A DNA stretch of 64,000 nt from the human T2T-CHM13v2.0 reference genome, Homo sapiens. Made by a program: the position numbers and the translations under genes. This document shows, one piece after another, positions 12,224 to 23,672 of this stretch. Location of the stretch: assembly GCF_009914755.1 (NCBI RefSeq), contig NC_060938.1. One strand, given 5' to 3'. Every line of letters begins with the position of its first letter. Position 1 is the first letter of the stretch. The notes under the pieces are model-generated. The model had not been told where the DNA came from, did no database searches, and saw only the letters and a program-made list of their open reading frames with translations.

Positions 12224-14619
12224 CTCCTTGAAGGAGGTAATAAAAGAAAGGTTAGGCTAAAAGTTTCATGTCTAATATATTTATTAAGGGAAGTTCTTAT
12301 TCATTGGTTGTGTTTTACTAAATCTGTCTGTGAGTGGGTATAATGTTAGTGTTCATAAAGTTGTTACTTGGTTGGAATTACCCCCTCAAAACCAGAACCG
12401 CGTGAGTGACTGTGACTTTGCGCTGCTCACTGGGGATGTGCTCAAGCCCGCCTGTGTGCATGCCCTCAGCAGCCAGATTTCCTAAAGTGAATTGAAGGAA
12501 GAAAAGGCTTAGGGATTTTGATGCCCAGATTCTGTATTTGGACTCAACACATGTGCCAGGTCACATAAGGCTTTTACTGTTTATGCTTTATGTGCAGAAG
12601 ATCTTGCTATAATAGTGTGTAAGCTGATAAAAGAGCTTTCTCTCTCTCTTTGGGGGAAGTAGATGGAAAACAATCTAGTTGTAATTAAAGTTGAGGTCTT
12701 GCTGATAGTCATTTACAGGTTAAACTACTATACACTGGAGGAGGAAATCATGTGATTCATTTTTTAACTTGAGCTATTGTAGAGCTCACTTTAGACATGA
12801 AGTTCTAAAAGTCAGCTTGAAACAGCTGAAAGAAAAGAGAAACATGAACGCATCTGTTTCCAGAATGTAGCTGCTTTGTATTTGGGAGAGCTAACTACCT
12901 GGAAATGTGACTGGAATTGTCCCTCCCCCGGCTATTTTGGCCTCGTCTAGGCAAAGCGGCAGTGCCCTTTGTATGCTGCAGCGGTGACTTAGCTAACCTA
13001 AGCAATGTGGAGCATGTGCGGCAGGGCTCGGAGGCCTCAGAATCAATAAGGACCCTTTAGATTTAAAACTAATGATTTTCTGTGTTCAGCAAAAGTCAAA
13101 ATCTCTCAAAGTTGCCATTGTTTTCTCTGAGTTTTTCCCCAGAGAACAAGAGATGGTGTGATAAATCATCATGCTTGCAACACGCACGTCAGAAGAGACT
13201 TGAACTAGACCAGAGATGGATAGCGCGAGCCCCAAACATCTTAATTATTTCAGTCTTGAATTGAGCAAAACCCTTAAACTAGAACTGTGGGAACAGTGAT
13301 CCTAACAGCAGTAGACACACCATCTAATAGGGTCATCATGCCCCCCAAGAGTACAAGTGTGACCCATCCAGGCATGCAAATGCAATCGTTTCCTCCCAGC
13401 AGAATTGTAAGCAGTTGAATGGTGACGTCAAATGCTTTTGAATGTATCTATAAACTGCTGTTGAATGTACATAAAATTTCACCAGACTCTCTGATTTAAA
13501 GCCCTAGGGAAGGCCACCAGGCTCGTATGGAAATTAGCTAAGCATAATTTATTCATGGAAGGCAGAAAAGCTGAATTAATAAATACATGAGTATGTAAAC
13601 TTATAACTGCATAACGATCTGTAGAAAATATGAAGGCCAAGCTCCATGTGTTAACAGAAACCCTTAAGGTGTGGCCACTTGGTCCTTTCTTGCAAAAAGT
13701 TCTGTCTTCTGTTTTAAAAGCCAATGTGGAAATAACTAATAAGAAATACATTTATTCTTTGGAGGGTCTCTTTTTTTCCTCTAAAAATGTGGACCTGCCT
13801 TGTGGATGCTTCTCTATAAGAATCAATCTCAGAGAATTATTTTTTAAATATTAATGAAGGCACTAATTCCAGAGATTCAGAAAACTGCTTCTCAGCAGGT
13901 TTAACTCATACTCTTTCTGGATGGACCCAATTCTGAGAGCATTTTCACAAAGTATTGTTAAAAGTACAAGGTCTTGCCTTATTACAAGAGTGGTCATCGT
14001 TCATTTTTTCCCTTATTCTCCCCATGATATTAAATCTGTATCAACATTATCAGCCTCATCAAGCATTGATTTAGCAGTACACTTTTTATACAGCAGGAAT
14101 TGGAGTAAAATATATACTGTCACACAATTCTTTAAAGGGAGTCTTGCCTTGTATTGAATGCATTCTAGTAAAACTTCATTCTTGTTAAATTCTGAGCTAC
14201 AGTTAAGACCCGGTTGGAATCCAAAAGACCGAATCTACAGGGGTGTTACCTAGGATTTGATAATCAAGCAACAAAACTCGGTATCTCCTACAGTTCTTGT
14301 AATTTGGTCAGAACATTCCAAGAGAAGCATAGTACAGTATTTCCATCCATCTTTATTACTGATGTTATCCTTTAGTAATTAAAGACATTTTCTGAAATTC
14401 TGTTTTGGGAAGCATCAGTCCCTTTCAAACTTTGCCCTTAGTCAAGGGATGAGGACAAAACAAATACATGTTTAAACCTTTAAAAAATAGTCTTGTTTGA
14501 GAATTATAATCCATACAGGATAAAGGTGATTCAGCAAATGCCTTCCTATCCACAGCCATGATCAATAAAGAGGAAGTTTTCTTTAAAAAAAAAAAAAAAG
14601 AGTGTGTGTGTATGTATAT

Positions 14620-14775
14620 GTTCTATGTGCTAGTCATAGAGTGGTTTATAAATATTCACTCATTAAACTCTTGTGGCAACTCTATGAGGCAGGTATAATT
14701 ATATCCATTTTAGAGGTAAGAAAGTGAGACACAAAAAGGTATATAACTTACTTAGGACCTCACAACTAGTATGTC
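14620..14775 (-). mobile_element. MIR SINE
   Basis: caactctatgaggcaggtataattatatccattttagaggtaagaaagtgagacaca...taacttactt...tcacaactagt. Confidence 0.75.
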
Positions 14776-15089
14776 AATATTAGAAATCAGCCTTAATGTT
14801 GTGAATATATATTTACAGCAAATACCAAGACCTCATGGCTTCCTGACCTCAGTCCTTAAAGTGTGTTAATGGGAACTAGTTATTCTAGGATAAGGAAAAA
14901 ATGTTCTTCTTTATAGCATGGATCCCGCCAGTTACCTAGGCTGAGAATTTTTAAGACAGGCTGTTGATAACCCTCGGTGCAGTATTTTCATTCCTGTTCT
15001 GAACACTCTCTTCTTAATTTGACTGTTTGGTAAGCAGGCCACATTCTGGTAAACAGAACAATGGAAATGCACGTGTGAAAGTAGGAAGA

Positions 15090-15647
15090 TGTATGTTATG
15101 ATTATCTGTTGCTGCATTAAAAAAAATTACCTTTAAACTTATAGGGCTGAATTAATGACACCGTTTATTTGACTTTTAAATCTGCAGTTTGGGTAGTGTT
15201 TGGCCTGGGTAGGTTTTCTCAGCTTCACTTGGCATCAGGGGGCCAGCTCAAGGGCTTGGGTTTGGAATAGTCTGCAGCCACACTCCAACATATTTCTGCT
15301 GATTGACCCTGCCTATCAGCTGAGATCTCATCTAGGACTTTGACTGGAACACCTACCTGTGGTCTCTCCACGTGACTATTTGGCCTCCTCACAGCATGGT
15401 GGCTAACTTCCAAGAGTCAAGGTCCTAAGACAAAGAAAGCCAGGTGCAGTAACCTACCTCAGAAGTCATATAATGTCACTTACAACATATTTTATTGGAA
15501 ATGGCTGACACAAAGTTGTGCCCAGTTTCAAGGAAAGGGAACATAGATCCTACTGCTTGATGAAGGACTGTCAACATCACTTTGTAAGAAGAGCATGGGG
15601 GATGCATAAATTGGTTCCGCCAGTTTTGGAAAACACAATCTTCCAGA
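15090..15647 (-). mobile_element. MLT1G-like MaLR solo LTR
   Basis: Left end ttatctgttgctgcattaa; internal ctcctcacagcatggtggct and cctcagaagtcata; right end ttggaaaacacaatcttcca, the reverse complement of the MLT1G 5' end. Confidence 0.8.
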
Positions 15648-16409
15648 GTTCATATTTTCTTAAGCATTTAGGACCATCAGTATAAAGAAGTGTCTTGCAT
15701 GAACAAATCCCTTTACTATAATAATAGGGTCCGTATTGAACCATAGGCTTAACTGAAATAACTGTCCAAAGAATCAAGTTTTGCTGGAAACCAAATCTCA
15801 CATCAGATAGAAATAACCAAGGAATAGGGGAGGAAACCTTCTAAAGTTAATTCTAGCCTTGTTCCTACTTCATAGGAAAATTCTTTAGAGGTGGGAATTC
15901 CCTAAACATATGTAAGGTGGTTCATTTAGGCTGATCACATCTTTAACAGTTGCCAAAGGATCTTATACCAGATGTTAACATTCTATTTTCTATCAAAGAG
16001 CCATGTTGGATTTTTTCATTATTTAATATGAGAACAATAGAAGTGAACTTTTATGAAGTTCCTTCCCTATGGAATCCAACTGAAGTTAACTAGACACACT
16101 TTAAGAAAGATGGTGACCATTTCAGAGATATTCTATTTACTGAGCATCCGGCCTGAGAACAAAATGGACCTCAACCTTGAGAAACTCACAAGCTGATGCG
16201 GGATTTGTAGAGCATATTTAAAAAAAAAAAAAAAGAATGTTCTCTTTATGAAGTGGATACCAACAATCTACAATCTACCTCATGGCTTTGAGCAGTTTCT
16301 CCCTTTGTGTGATAGAATTGCACGTAGCCAGTTATACGCTGTCCTCCAGTCTCTTTCACGAGAGCTCTGCGCATATTAGGTAGCTCTTCTGAGTTAATAA
16401 CAAAACTGA

Positions 16410-16610
16410 TGCTTGTACAGTGCTCTGTGCATTCCAAAATGCTTTCCCATCCAGTATCACATCTGATGCTCATAGAAAGTCTGTCGTCTGGATAGAATCA
16501 TTGTTATCTCCATTTTTCAAATTGGGACCTGAGAGGCAAGTCACGCTAGCTGGAGAAGCTGGGGCAGTAATCTCATGACCTTACTCCTTATTCACCGCTT
16601 TTTGCCAACC
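16410..16610 (-). mobile_element. MIR (MIRc-like) fragment
   Basis: ttgtacagtgctct...aaaatgctttcccatc...ttatctccatttttcaaattgggacctgaga. Confidence 0.55.
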
Positions 16611-16734
16611 ATATGATTTTCAGTTACACCAAACTTTCTGACCAATAGATTGAAAGCAAGGTTTCCCTTATCTTAGGCCATGGCAGGCAGAAAGCACATG
16701 ACTGTGCTTATGCTGAGGATGTCACTGATGGATC

Positions 16735-16890
16735 AGTGTGGTACCCAGGAGTCAGCATTGGAGTGGGAGTCGGGAGACAGCGATTTTTGCCCTGGCTCTT
16801 TTACCCATTATTGCCCCCGGATGTGGAACATGAAGGAGATGGACTAGATAAGTTTCTAAGATTACTTTCAAGTCTAAATGTTTATGATAC
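16735..16890 (+). mobile_element. MIR3-like fragment
   Basis: gcattggagtgggagtcgggagac...ggactagataagtttctaagattactttcaagtctaaatgtttatga. Confidence 0.55.
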
Positions 16891-17036
16891 CATATTATAT
16901 AAATGCAAAACCAGAGTAGTTGATATCACCGTCCTTAAAAGAAATCAACGAGGTAGGTAGAAATTAAGTTGTAAAATGATTATTTTTATCTAATAAAGGG
17001 GGAAATTACCAGTAGAAAGTTTGAATAAGGTTAAAA

Positions 17037-17314
17037 CTGGGGTCCCCAACCCCCGGTACTGGTCCGTGACCCATTAGGAACTGGGCTGCACAACAGGAGG
17101 TGAGCAGCAGGCAAGCGGCGAGCGAGAGAAGCTTCATCTGTATTTACAGCCGCTCCCTATCACTCGCATTACTGCCTGAGCTCCAGCTCCTGTCAGATCA
17201 GTGGCATTGGATTCTCACAGAAGCATAAACTCTATTGTGAACTACACATGTGAGGGATCTAGGTTGCACACTCCTTATTAGAATCTAATGGCTGATGATC
17301 TGTCACTGTCTCCC
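17037..17314 (+). mobile_element. MER1A hAT-Charlie DNA transposon, 5' half only
   Basis: Left TIR ctggggtccccaacccc. MER1A-specific gaagcttcatctgtatttacagccgctccc and gatgatctgtcactgtctccc. The right half and right TIR are absent. Confidence 0.88.
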
Positions 17315-18030
17315 TCTCTGCCCTCATGGAGCTTGTATTCTAGCTGGAGGAGAGAACAAGCAAGTAAACTATATGTATGTCAAATGATTAAAAGGGGAAT
17401 AGGAAGTGCTGGAGGTGACTGCAGTTACAAATTGTTGATCCAGGAAGGTCTCACTGTGAAAGTGACATTTTAATAGAGACCTGAGGAAGGGAGGGGGCTG
17501 AGGTTATGTAGATAACTGGGAGAAGAGCTGTCCAGGCAATGCAGTGTGGCTGGAGGGGCATGTGCCAGAGGAAGAGATTAGGTTGGAGAGGTAAGAGGGT
17601 TTTGCAGGATGTAGGGGGCCTTGAAGACTTTTTGTAAGGAGTTTTGTCTTTATTTTGAGTAATTTGGGGAAACCATGTGGGATGGGTTTGAGCTAAGGAG
17701 TGACAAGATTTGACTTAGGCTTTACAACAATACCTTTAATGTGAATTATATCTCAATAAAGCTGTTTTTAAAAAACAAACAAAAAGAATCACCTCTAACT
17801 GTCATTTTTCTAACAGACTGTTGAGAATAGGCTGGAAGTTGGAAGACTAGGAAGGTATTACAATCTTCTAGGCTAGAGACAGTAGTTACTTGAATCAGCT
17901 GATAGCAGTGGAGGTTAGTGAGAAATGATCACATTCTGTATAAATGAATGTCAAGCCCATAGGACTGGCAAGGATGACTCCAGTGTTTTTGTCCTCAGTG
18001 GCTGGATGAAGTTGCCTTTTATTCAGAGAA
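17315..18030 (-). mobile_element. L2a LINE fragment
   Basis: ctgccctcatggagcttgtattctag...ggaaggtctcactgtgaaagtgacatttt...gggtttgagctaaggagtgacaagatttgactt...caaggatgactcc, antisense L2. Confidence 0.8.
17737..17785 (+). mobile_element. Tiny L1M 3'-end insertion nested in L2
   Basis: atgtgaattatatctcaataaagctgtttttaaaaaa is an old L1M 3' terminus with poly(A) signal and A-rich tail. It interrupts the L2 colinearity. Confidence 0.65.
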
Positions 18031-18494
18031 ACCTGTGTGAAAGCAGGTTTTGCTATGCGTGTATATGGGGTGGGGTGGAGGGTGGATTAGAAGTCAAAAA
18101 ATGTGTGCAAAGCAGAAAAAAAAAGACATTTATTATTGATATGATTATATTATTTTACTTTCCAAAAGGATTTGAAAAGGCTTATAAGAAAACCTAGAGA
18201 TAGAATGCGGATGGAAACCATTTAAAAAGCAAAAACAGCCGAAACCCAATCAAACAGTAGTGGATCTAAACGGAAATTTCCTGCGGGGGGAACTGTAAGC
18301 ATGTTTGCTTGAGCTTTGCAGAGTGTTTGTGGTCAAGAATAAAAATATGAGGGTAAGATAGTGATTTCGCAGAGTAAAAGAGAGATTTTGCAGAGTAGGC
18401 CTGGCCTGAGAATACCACATTGTCAAGGAGAACCGGGAGGTTGGCTGATGGAAACTGGGAAATTGGCAGAGACGCTAGCATTCTATCAGTATCA

Positions 18495-18662
18495 TGACTG
18501 GAACGTGCATCAGAATCTTCACCTAATAGGCATTTAAAACATATAAATGCAAGGCCTCACTCAGACCTCCTGAGTCTAAATCCTCTGTCAGCAGACCCAG
18601 TACTGCCCGTGTTTTAAGCCCTCCACATGATTCACATGCAAGTCCTAGTTAAAAGATGCTGG
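18495..18662. mobile_element. MER5A-like hAT MITE
   Basis: gtgcatcagaatc..cacct...cagacctcctgagtc...ttttaagccctccacatgattc. Confidence 0.6.
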
Positions 18663-19033
18663 AGGAAAGAAGTTGATGAATTTAATTAGCTTTCAGAGAA
18701 TGCGGATCACCTAATTGGAATGTTTTCTAGAGAGAACAAAGTAATAATTAAAAAATAATTTTCCAGAGATTTATTCATTCATCTACTGAATATTTATTGA
18801 GTACTTACTAAGTGTCATGCATGTAAGTACTAGAGACACAAAGATGGGCAGAAAGCATAGTCCTGCCCTCAAGGAGTTAATAATCTGCTGAGAAAACCAA
18901 ACACATACATCGACAGTTTTAGAAGGCAATGTGTTCTTCTTGCATTGAGTGTAATGGGAAGAGAGTTAGAACTGGAAATAGAGAGAAAGTTTTCTGGAAG
19001 GAGTGTCACCTGAACTGAAAAATTGTCTAGAAA

Positions 19034-19242
19034 CAAAGTTGTCAAATTATGCAGTTTAGCTTGCTGCCTGATTTTTTTGTAAAGAAAGTTTTATGGGAAC
19101 CACAGCAATATTTATTTCAGTGTTGTCTGTGGCTGCTTTAGCACTACAATTGCAAAGTTAAGTAGATGTGATGAAGGCATATGATCCACAAAGCCTCAAA
19201 TATGTACTACATGGCCCATTACAAAAAGTTGGTCAACACCTG
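19034..19242 (+). mobile_element. MER58A hAT MITE
   Basis: ctgcctgatttttttgtaaagaaagttttatgggaac...ggctgctttagcactacaa...aagttggtcaacacctg. The hAT target-like tctagaa occurs on both sides. Confidence 0.8.
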
Positions 19243-19584
19243 CATTCTAGAAAGCAGAAACATATGGTACTATTCAAGGAATCACAAGCAAAGATTAAGG
19301 CAGGGAATGGTAGTGTCTGAAGCTGGTGAGGTGGCAGAGTCTAGATCACTGAGATCCTGCACCCCATAGGGAACGTTCGCTTTCTCCAGGGCAATGAGGA
19401 TCAATGCAGGGTATTAAGCAGTGACACTACAGAGTCAAGCTTGAACTTTGGATCGATTAGTCTGTTTGCTTCATGGGGTATAGATTGGAGGGGGAAAAGA
19501 CTGTTAGAAAGGAAACTATTAGGAGGTTTGTAGAAGTAATTTATGCTGTAATTAATGAACTGAGTAGAAGTTTGACCATAAATA

Positions 19585-19875
19585 TGTGAAATGGAATATT
19601 ACATGATCATTATAAAGAAATATATCTGGATTATATTGACAAGGAAAGATAACTACAGTATGTTTAGTAAAAATAATCAAGGAAACTGCCTATACAAACA
19701 TACAAAACATATGTGTTACTTTATGCATAGAAGAAAAATGAAGAGAATATACAGAAAAATGTCAAAAGTCTTTTGTGGACGGAGAGGAGGTAAAATTACA
19801 GGAAACTATCGCCTTTAATTTTACATATTTCTATACTCTTTTTGCATAAAAATAGATTGCTTTTTAATTAGACCA
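19585..19875 (+). mobile_element. Old L1 (L1ME-like) 3' UTR fragment
   Basis: atggaatattac...gcatagaagaaaaatgaagagaatatacagaaaaatgtcaaaag, typical of L1ME 3' ends. Confidence 0.6.
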
Positions 19876-20104
19876 AACAAATTTAACTTCTTAAAGTTAC
19901 TTGTAGAGAGAGAGAGAATGAGAGCTCATACCATGACCTAGAACAGGGAAGGAGGGATAAAGAGAAGGGTATAAATTTGAGAATGATTAGGAAGTTAAAC
20001 TAGCAAAACTTAGTAACGTGAGAGGTGAAGAGAAAGGGGAAAAATTACAATGCCTAGGTTTTTGGTTTGGGTAACTGTGATGAATTGTGGTGTCAATAAT
20101 AAAA

Positions 20105-20360
20105 TAAAAATAAATAACTTTACTGATTACTTATGAAGTTCAAGTAGTCTTATGCTAACTGTACCTTACCCATTTTTAGTGCATTTAAACTGTCAACAAG
20201 TGAAGGAGGAAGTTTTATTTTTCCCATTTTGTAGATGAGAAAACTGAGCCTCAGAGAGATTAAGTAGTTTACCCAAGGTAATGTGATTTGTGAGTGGGTT
20301 AGCTGGGAAATGAACACAGATTTGATTGATTCCGAAGCTGACATGCACTCCTACCCTCTC
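20105..20360 (-). mobile_element. MIR SINE
   Basis: cccattttgtagatgagaaaactgagcctcagagagattaagtagtttacccaagg MIR core, antisense. Confidence 0.85.
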
Positions 20361-21127
20361 AACCTTTAATGAATTTTTTTCAAGCCACATAGATGGAAAC
20401 ATAAAATCAGTTCAGGACATATCGAGTCATCAACATAGAAGTTTTGATCTAATGTGATAAGCTCTGAATAAATAAAACGAAAAGAGAAGGCCTCAGATTG
20501 AATTCTGGAGAATGTTTGTAGTTAATAGATCTTAATCACGAAAGTTTTAAGAATAATGGCATGGAATATATAAAAGATTTTCCCCTTTTGTTGTGTTTGG
20601 ATACTTGACATGCTTATTGATGCAGTTAATAATGCACATTAAAAAAGAATTAGAATAAAACAAATTTGATGCATTTTTCTTTACATCAAAAATCATAGGT
20701 CTGATTTTGTCATTTTAACTTAGAGAACATCTGTTGAGTGCTCACTGTGTGCAAAGCATATCGATGCCACAGTCTTGCCTACTTTAAGTTTTTATGTGTC
20801 TGAAATTTCCATGGAGCTAGGAAGAACTAAGATCTAAAAAAAAAAAAAAAAAGCCTAATTTTATAAACAGATCTTTGAGCAGATACTAGTTCAAGAACTG
20901 TCTGAAATCCTTATACACTCCTGGTTTCCATCAAGCCGTTGCTATATGTTTTGTTGAGGAAGTCTTCTTTGACAACAGCATTTCTAGTTCTGGTTTGGAG
21001 AGTTGGGGTTAAAGGTAAACTGAATTGCCTGAGGAAATGCTGTGGGCCTTTGTGAATGGGAGAGAAAACAATGCACCTCCCACTGAGAGGGAAGCAATTT
21101 CTCATTGTGTTACTTCACCCTGGCATT

Positions 21128-21146
21128 CAGCCACCAGAGGGGGCAT
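21128..21146 (+). promoter_or_regulatory. Candidate CTCF site
   Basis: CAGCCACCAGAGGGGGCAT versus core consensus CCASYAGRKGGCRS: one core mismatch (G for C). Motif match only. Confidence 0.45.
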
Positions 21147-22750
21147 GGACCAGAGTGAAATAAATTCTGCCAGCTGCCTGGCCTGGCTTCTCTGCCTTCC
21201 AGAGAAGGACCATAGCTATCCTCACTTTGAGATGGGACTAGAGCCTCACTTCCCGTTTGATGAGAAACTACGTGATTTACTAGTAAGCCATGGCTGCGCT
21301 TTCCCTGGTGAAGAATAAGACGTGCCTTACAGACTCCCTAAAAGGCACAGACTTGCAAACATAACGATGGTTTTTCCTTAGCGCTATATCCCATGTACAG
21401 TTTACTTCCTTTCTAATACGTTGTTGGTTTTTATCCAAATATAGATATGAGCTGTCAGAAAGAGAAATCTTGTTGTCAAGATTGACCATTCAACATAAAG
21501 TTTGAACATTGCATAAAAATATGTTTTTGACACAGTAAAATGCATTCCCTCTATGCTCATTGTAATTTACTTTATAGTGACTTGCTTAATAGCATAGCAT
21601 ATATCATTTATACTGCTATCCTTCATGCTTTTAAACTGTAATATCCTTTCCTCAATGACTACTTGTCAATTTCACTGATCTAGATTTGATTTCATAAATT
21701 AACTAGGCCAATTAAGTAGAGAGTTATCATTAGAATAAGAAGTGGAAGCAAATAAATATTAATCTTCCCTCTCTGAATGTCGGTATTTCTACACAACTTT
21801 GATCATACTTGAACACTACTTAATGGAAAAAATACACCCCTCTATTGTCAATTTAGTATTCCCCAATTTAAACATTTATGAGTATTTTTTTATTCATTTT
21901 CTCATTCCAAATCCATCCCACTTTGGGACAGTTGTTTCTGTTTCATCAATATAAAATGTGGGGAATGAGCAAATACTGGAACTTCATTATTTAAGGATTC
22001 TCATCATGGCAATTTTCATGGCTTTTCCACCTGGCCCCTTTACCTTGTGGGGTATTTGTTTCAGAGCTACAGGAACCGCATCATATATTGGTAGTTTGCC
22101 TGCTGTGCCTTTCTTTGTATTGCTTTAGTCATTTTGCACCCTCACAGACTTTTGGGGAACCACTTGGAAATGACAGTGTTTGACAGAGAATAGAATTGGA
22201 GTAAAATGCCCATGATTTCAAAGTATCTCTTTCTAAAATCTTAAGAGGCAGGGACTTCTTTCTCTTTTTCTTTTATTTAAATAATTCATCTTACAATATT
22301 AATATCTTGCTCTGTCTTCCTTAGAGGTGGAAAAGAGTTTGTCAACACCCTTTTTATAAAAATACTTTGTGTACACACATGCAATGATAAATTCACCCTT
22401 TTTAGCCTTTTGTTGCCTTCTGGATTTAATAATTTCAGCTTCTTTTGTCTTTTAAAAATAGATCCTATTTACCATCTTTCATCTTTTGGTGATGGGGGTA
22501 GGGGTGGAAAGAGAGGATGCTTTTCTCAGAACCCTTTTAGTTTCTTCTTTCCAAACTGTGGACACATTAGATTGCTGTGGTAATGGAATATCTTCCCAGA
22601 TTCACTATGGAAAGAGAGAAGCTACCCAGAAGAGGATATGATACAGGGATCTACGGGAAAAATCAACTTGGGACTCCTGTGTTTTGATGTTGACATTGCT
22701 CTCACCGTCCATCCCTAACTCTGAACAGAGATAACGTGATCATGTGCCCA

Positions 22751-22850
22751 ACACACACACAAACACACAGTCACATACAACACGCTCATTCACAGAACAT
22801 ACGTACTCATGCACTCATAGCACACATACACACAGCACACACACACAGCC
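22751..22850 (+). repeat. Degenerate (CA)n low-complexity tract
   Basis: Interrupted acacac runs over about 100 bp. Confidence 0.8.
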
Positions 22851-23483
22851 ATATAAGTAGCCTATGGAATATTTTGGGACCCATGATGGGGTGACTTCTG
22901 GACTTAGGTTTCCCTGCTAGTTCTGATTAAACACTTCGGATCCAAAAGCCAGAAAATCGGAGCTTCTTAGTCTCTCCAAGTTCATTTGCCCCTTACAGCC
23001 CTTCAAGCCTCAGTAGTTTTACCATAGTAATAATTTTTCACTAAGAATTTCAAAAAAAGAGTTTGCCATTGGACATCCTTTGAAATACTTAGCTTTGCTT
23101 CACTATTTTTTGTAACTTGCCAAAATCACAAATAAAAGGAACTATGTCCTCTAATGCTTCTTCTGTGGTCATTATCTTGGAAAATATGCAGAGTCTGGTC
23201 CAAGTAGAGTGCTCCCCAAACCTTGCTGTTACTTTGAGAATAGTTTTAATGAGGCTTGCAGCTGAGCCAAGCTCTCCTGTTGTGCTATTATGTGGGCATG
23301 TGGAAGCCCTAGTGATTGATCTGTGTGGGGGAACTGGCAACACTCGCATGCCCTCTGGGTAGAGGCAGAGCCTCCAGCAGGAAAAATTAGGGAAAGAGAA
23401 AAAACGGAGAGGAAATGTTTATCACTCATTTCCTAGCATTTTATGGCAGTGTTACGGTGAACTGGGAGATGGATGTGTATATT

Positions 23484-23672
23484 CATGGATTTTGCACCAC
23501 TTTAAGCACTAATAACATTAAATCAACCTTAATACTTCATGCCAAATGTGCTCTAAAAGAGGGAATAATGGGAATTTTTGTTGACTTTAGTAAAGCATCA
23601 AAAGTTACACTGGAAACACATAAAATGCTACAATGCAGAGGTCACAATTATGCTAATATCATGATAATATAA
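23484..23672 (+). mobile_element. Possible fossil non-LTR retrotransposon (CR1/L3/RTE-X-like) RT fragment
   Basis: Frame 23415-23672 reads HGFxxxxST...ALKEG..GIFVDFSKA, with motif order and spacing like LINE RT QHGFxxxRS...EG..vxxxxLDFSKAFD. Confidence 0.45.

Larger units (their letters stand above)
18770..20095 (-). mobile_element. L2 LINE, fragmented (interrupted by MER58A and L1ME)
   Basis: attcattcatctactgaatatttattgagtacttact...tcctgccctcaaggagtt; L2-like sequence resumes after the nested inserts. Confidence 0.7.
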
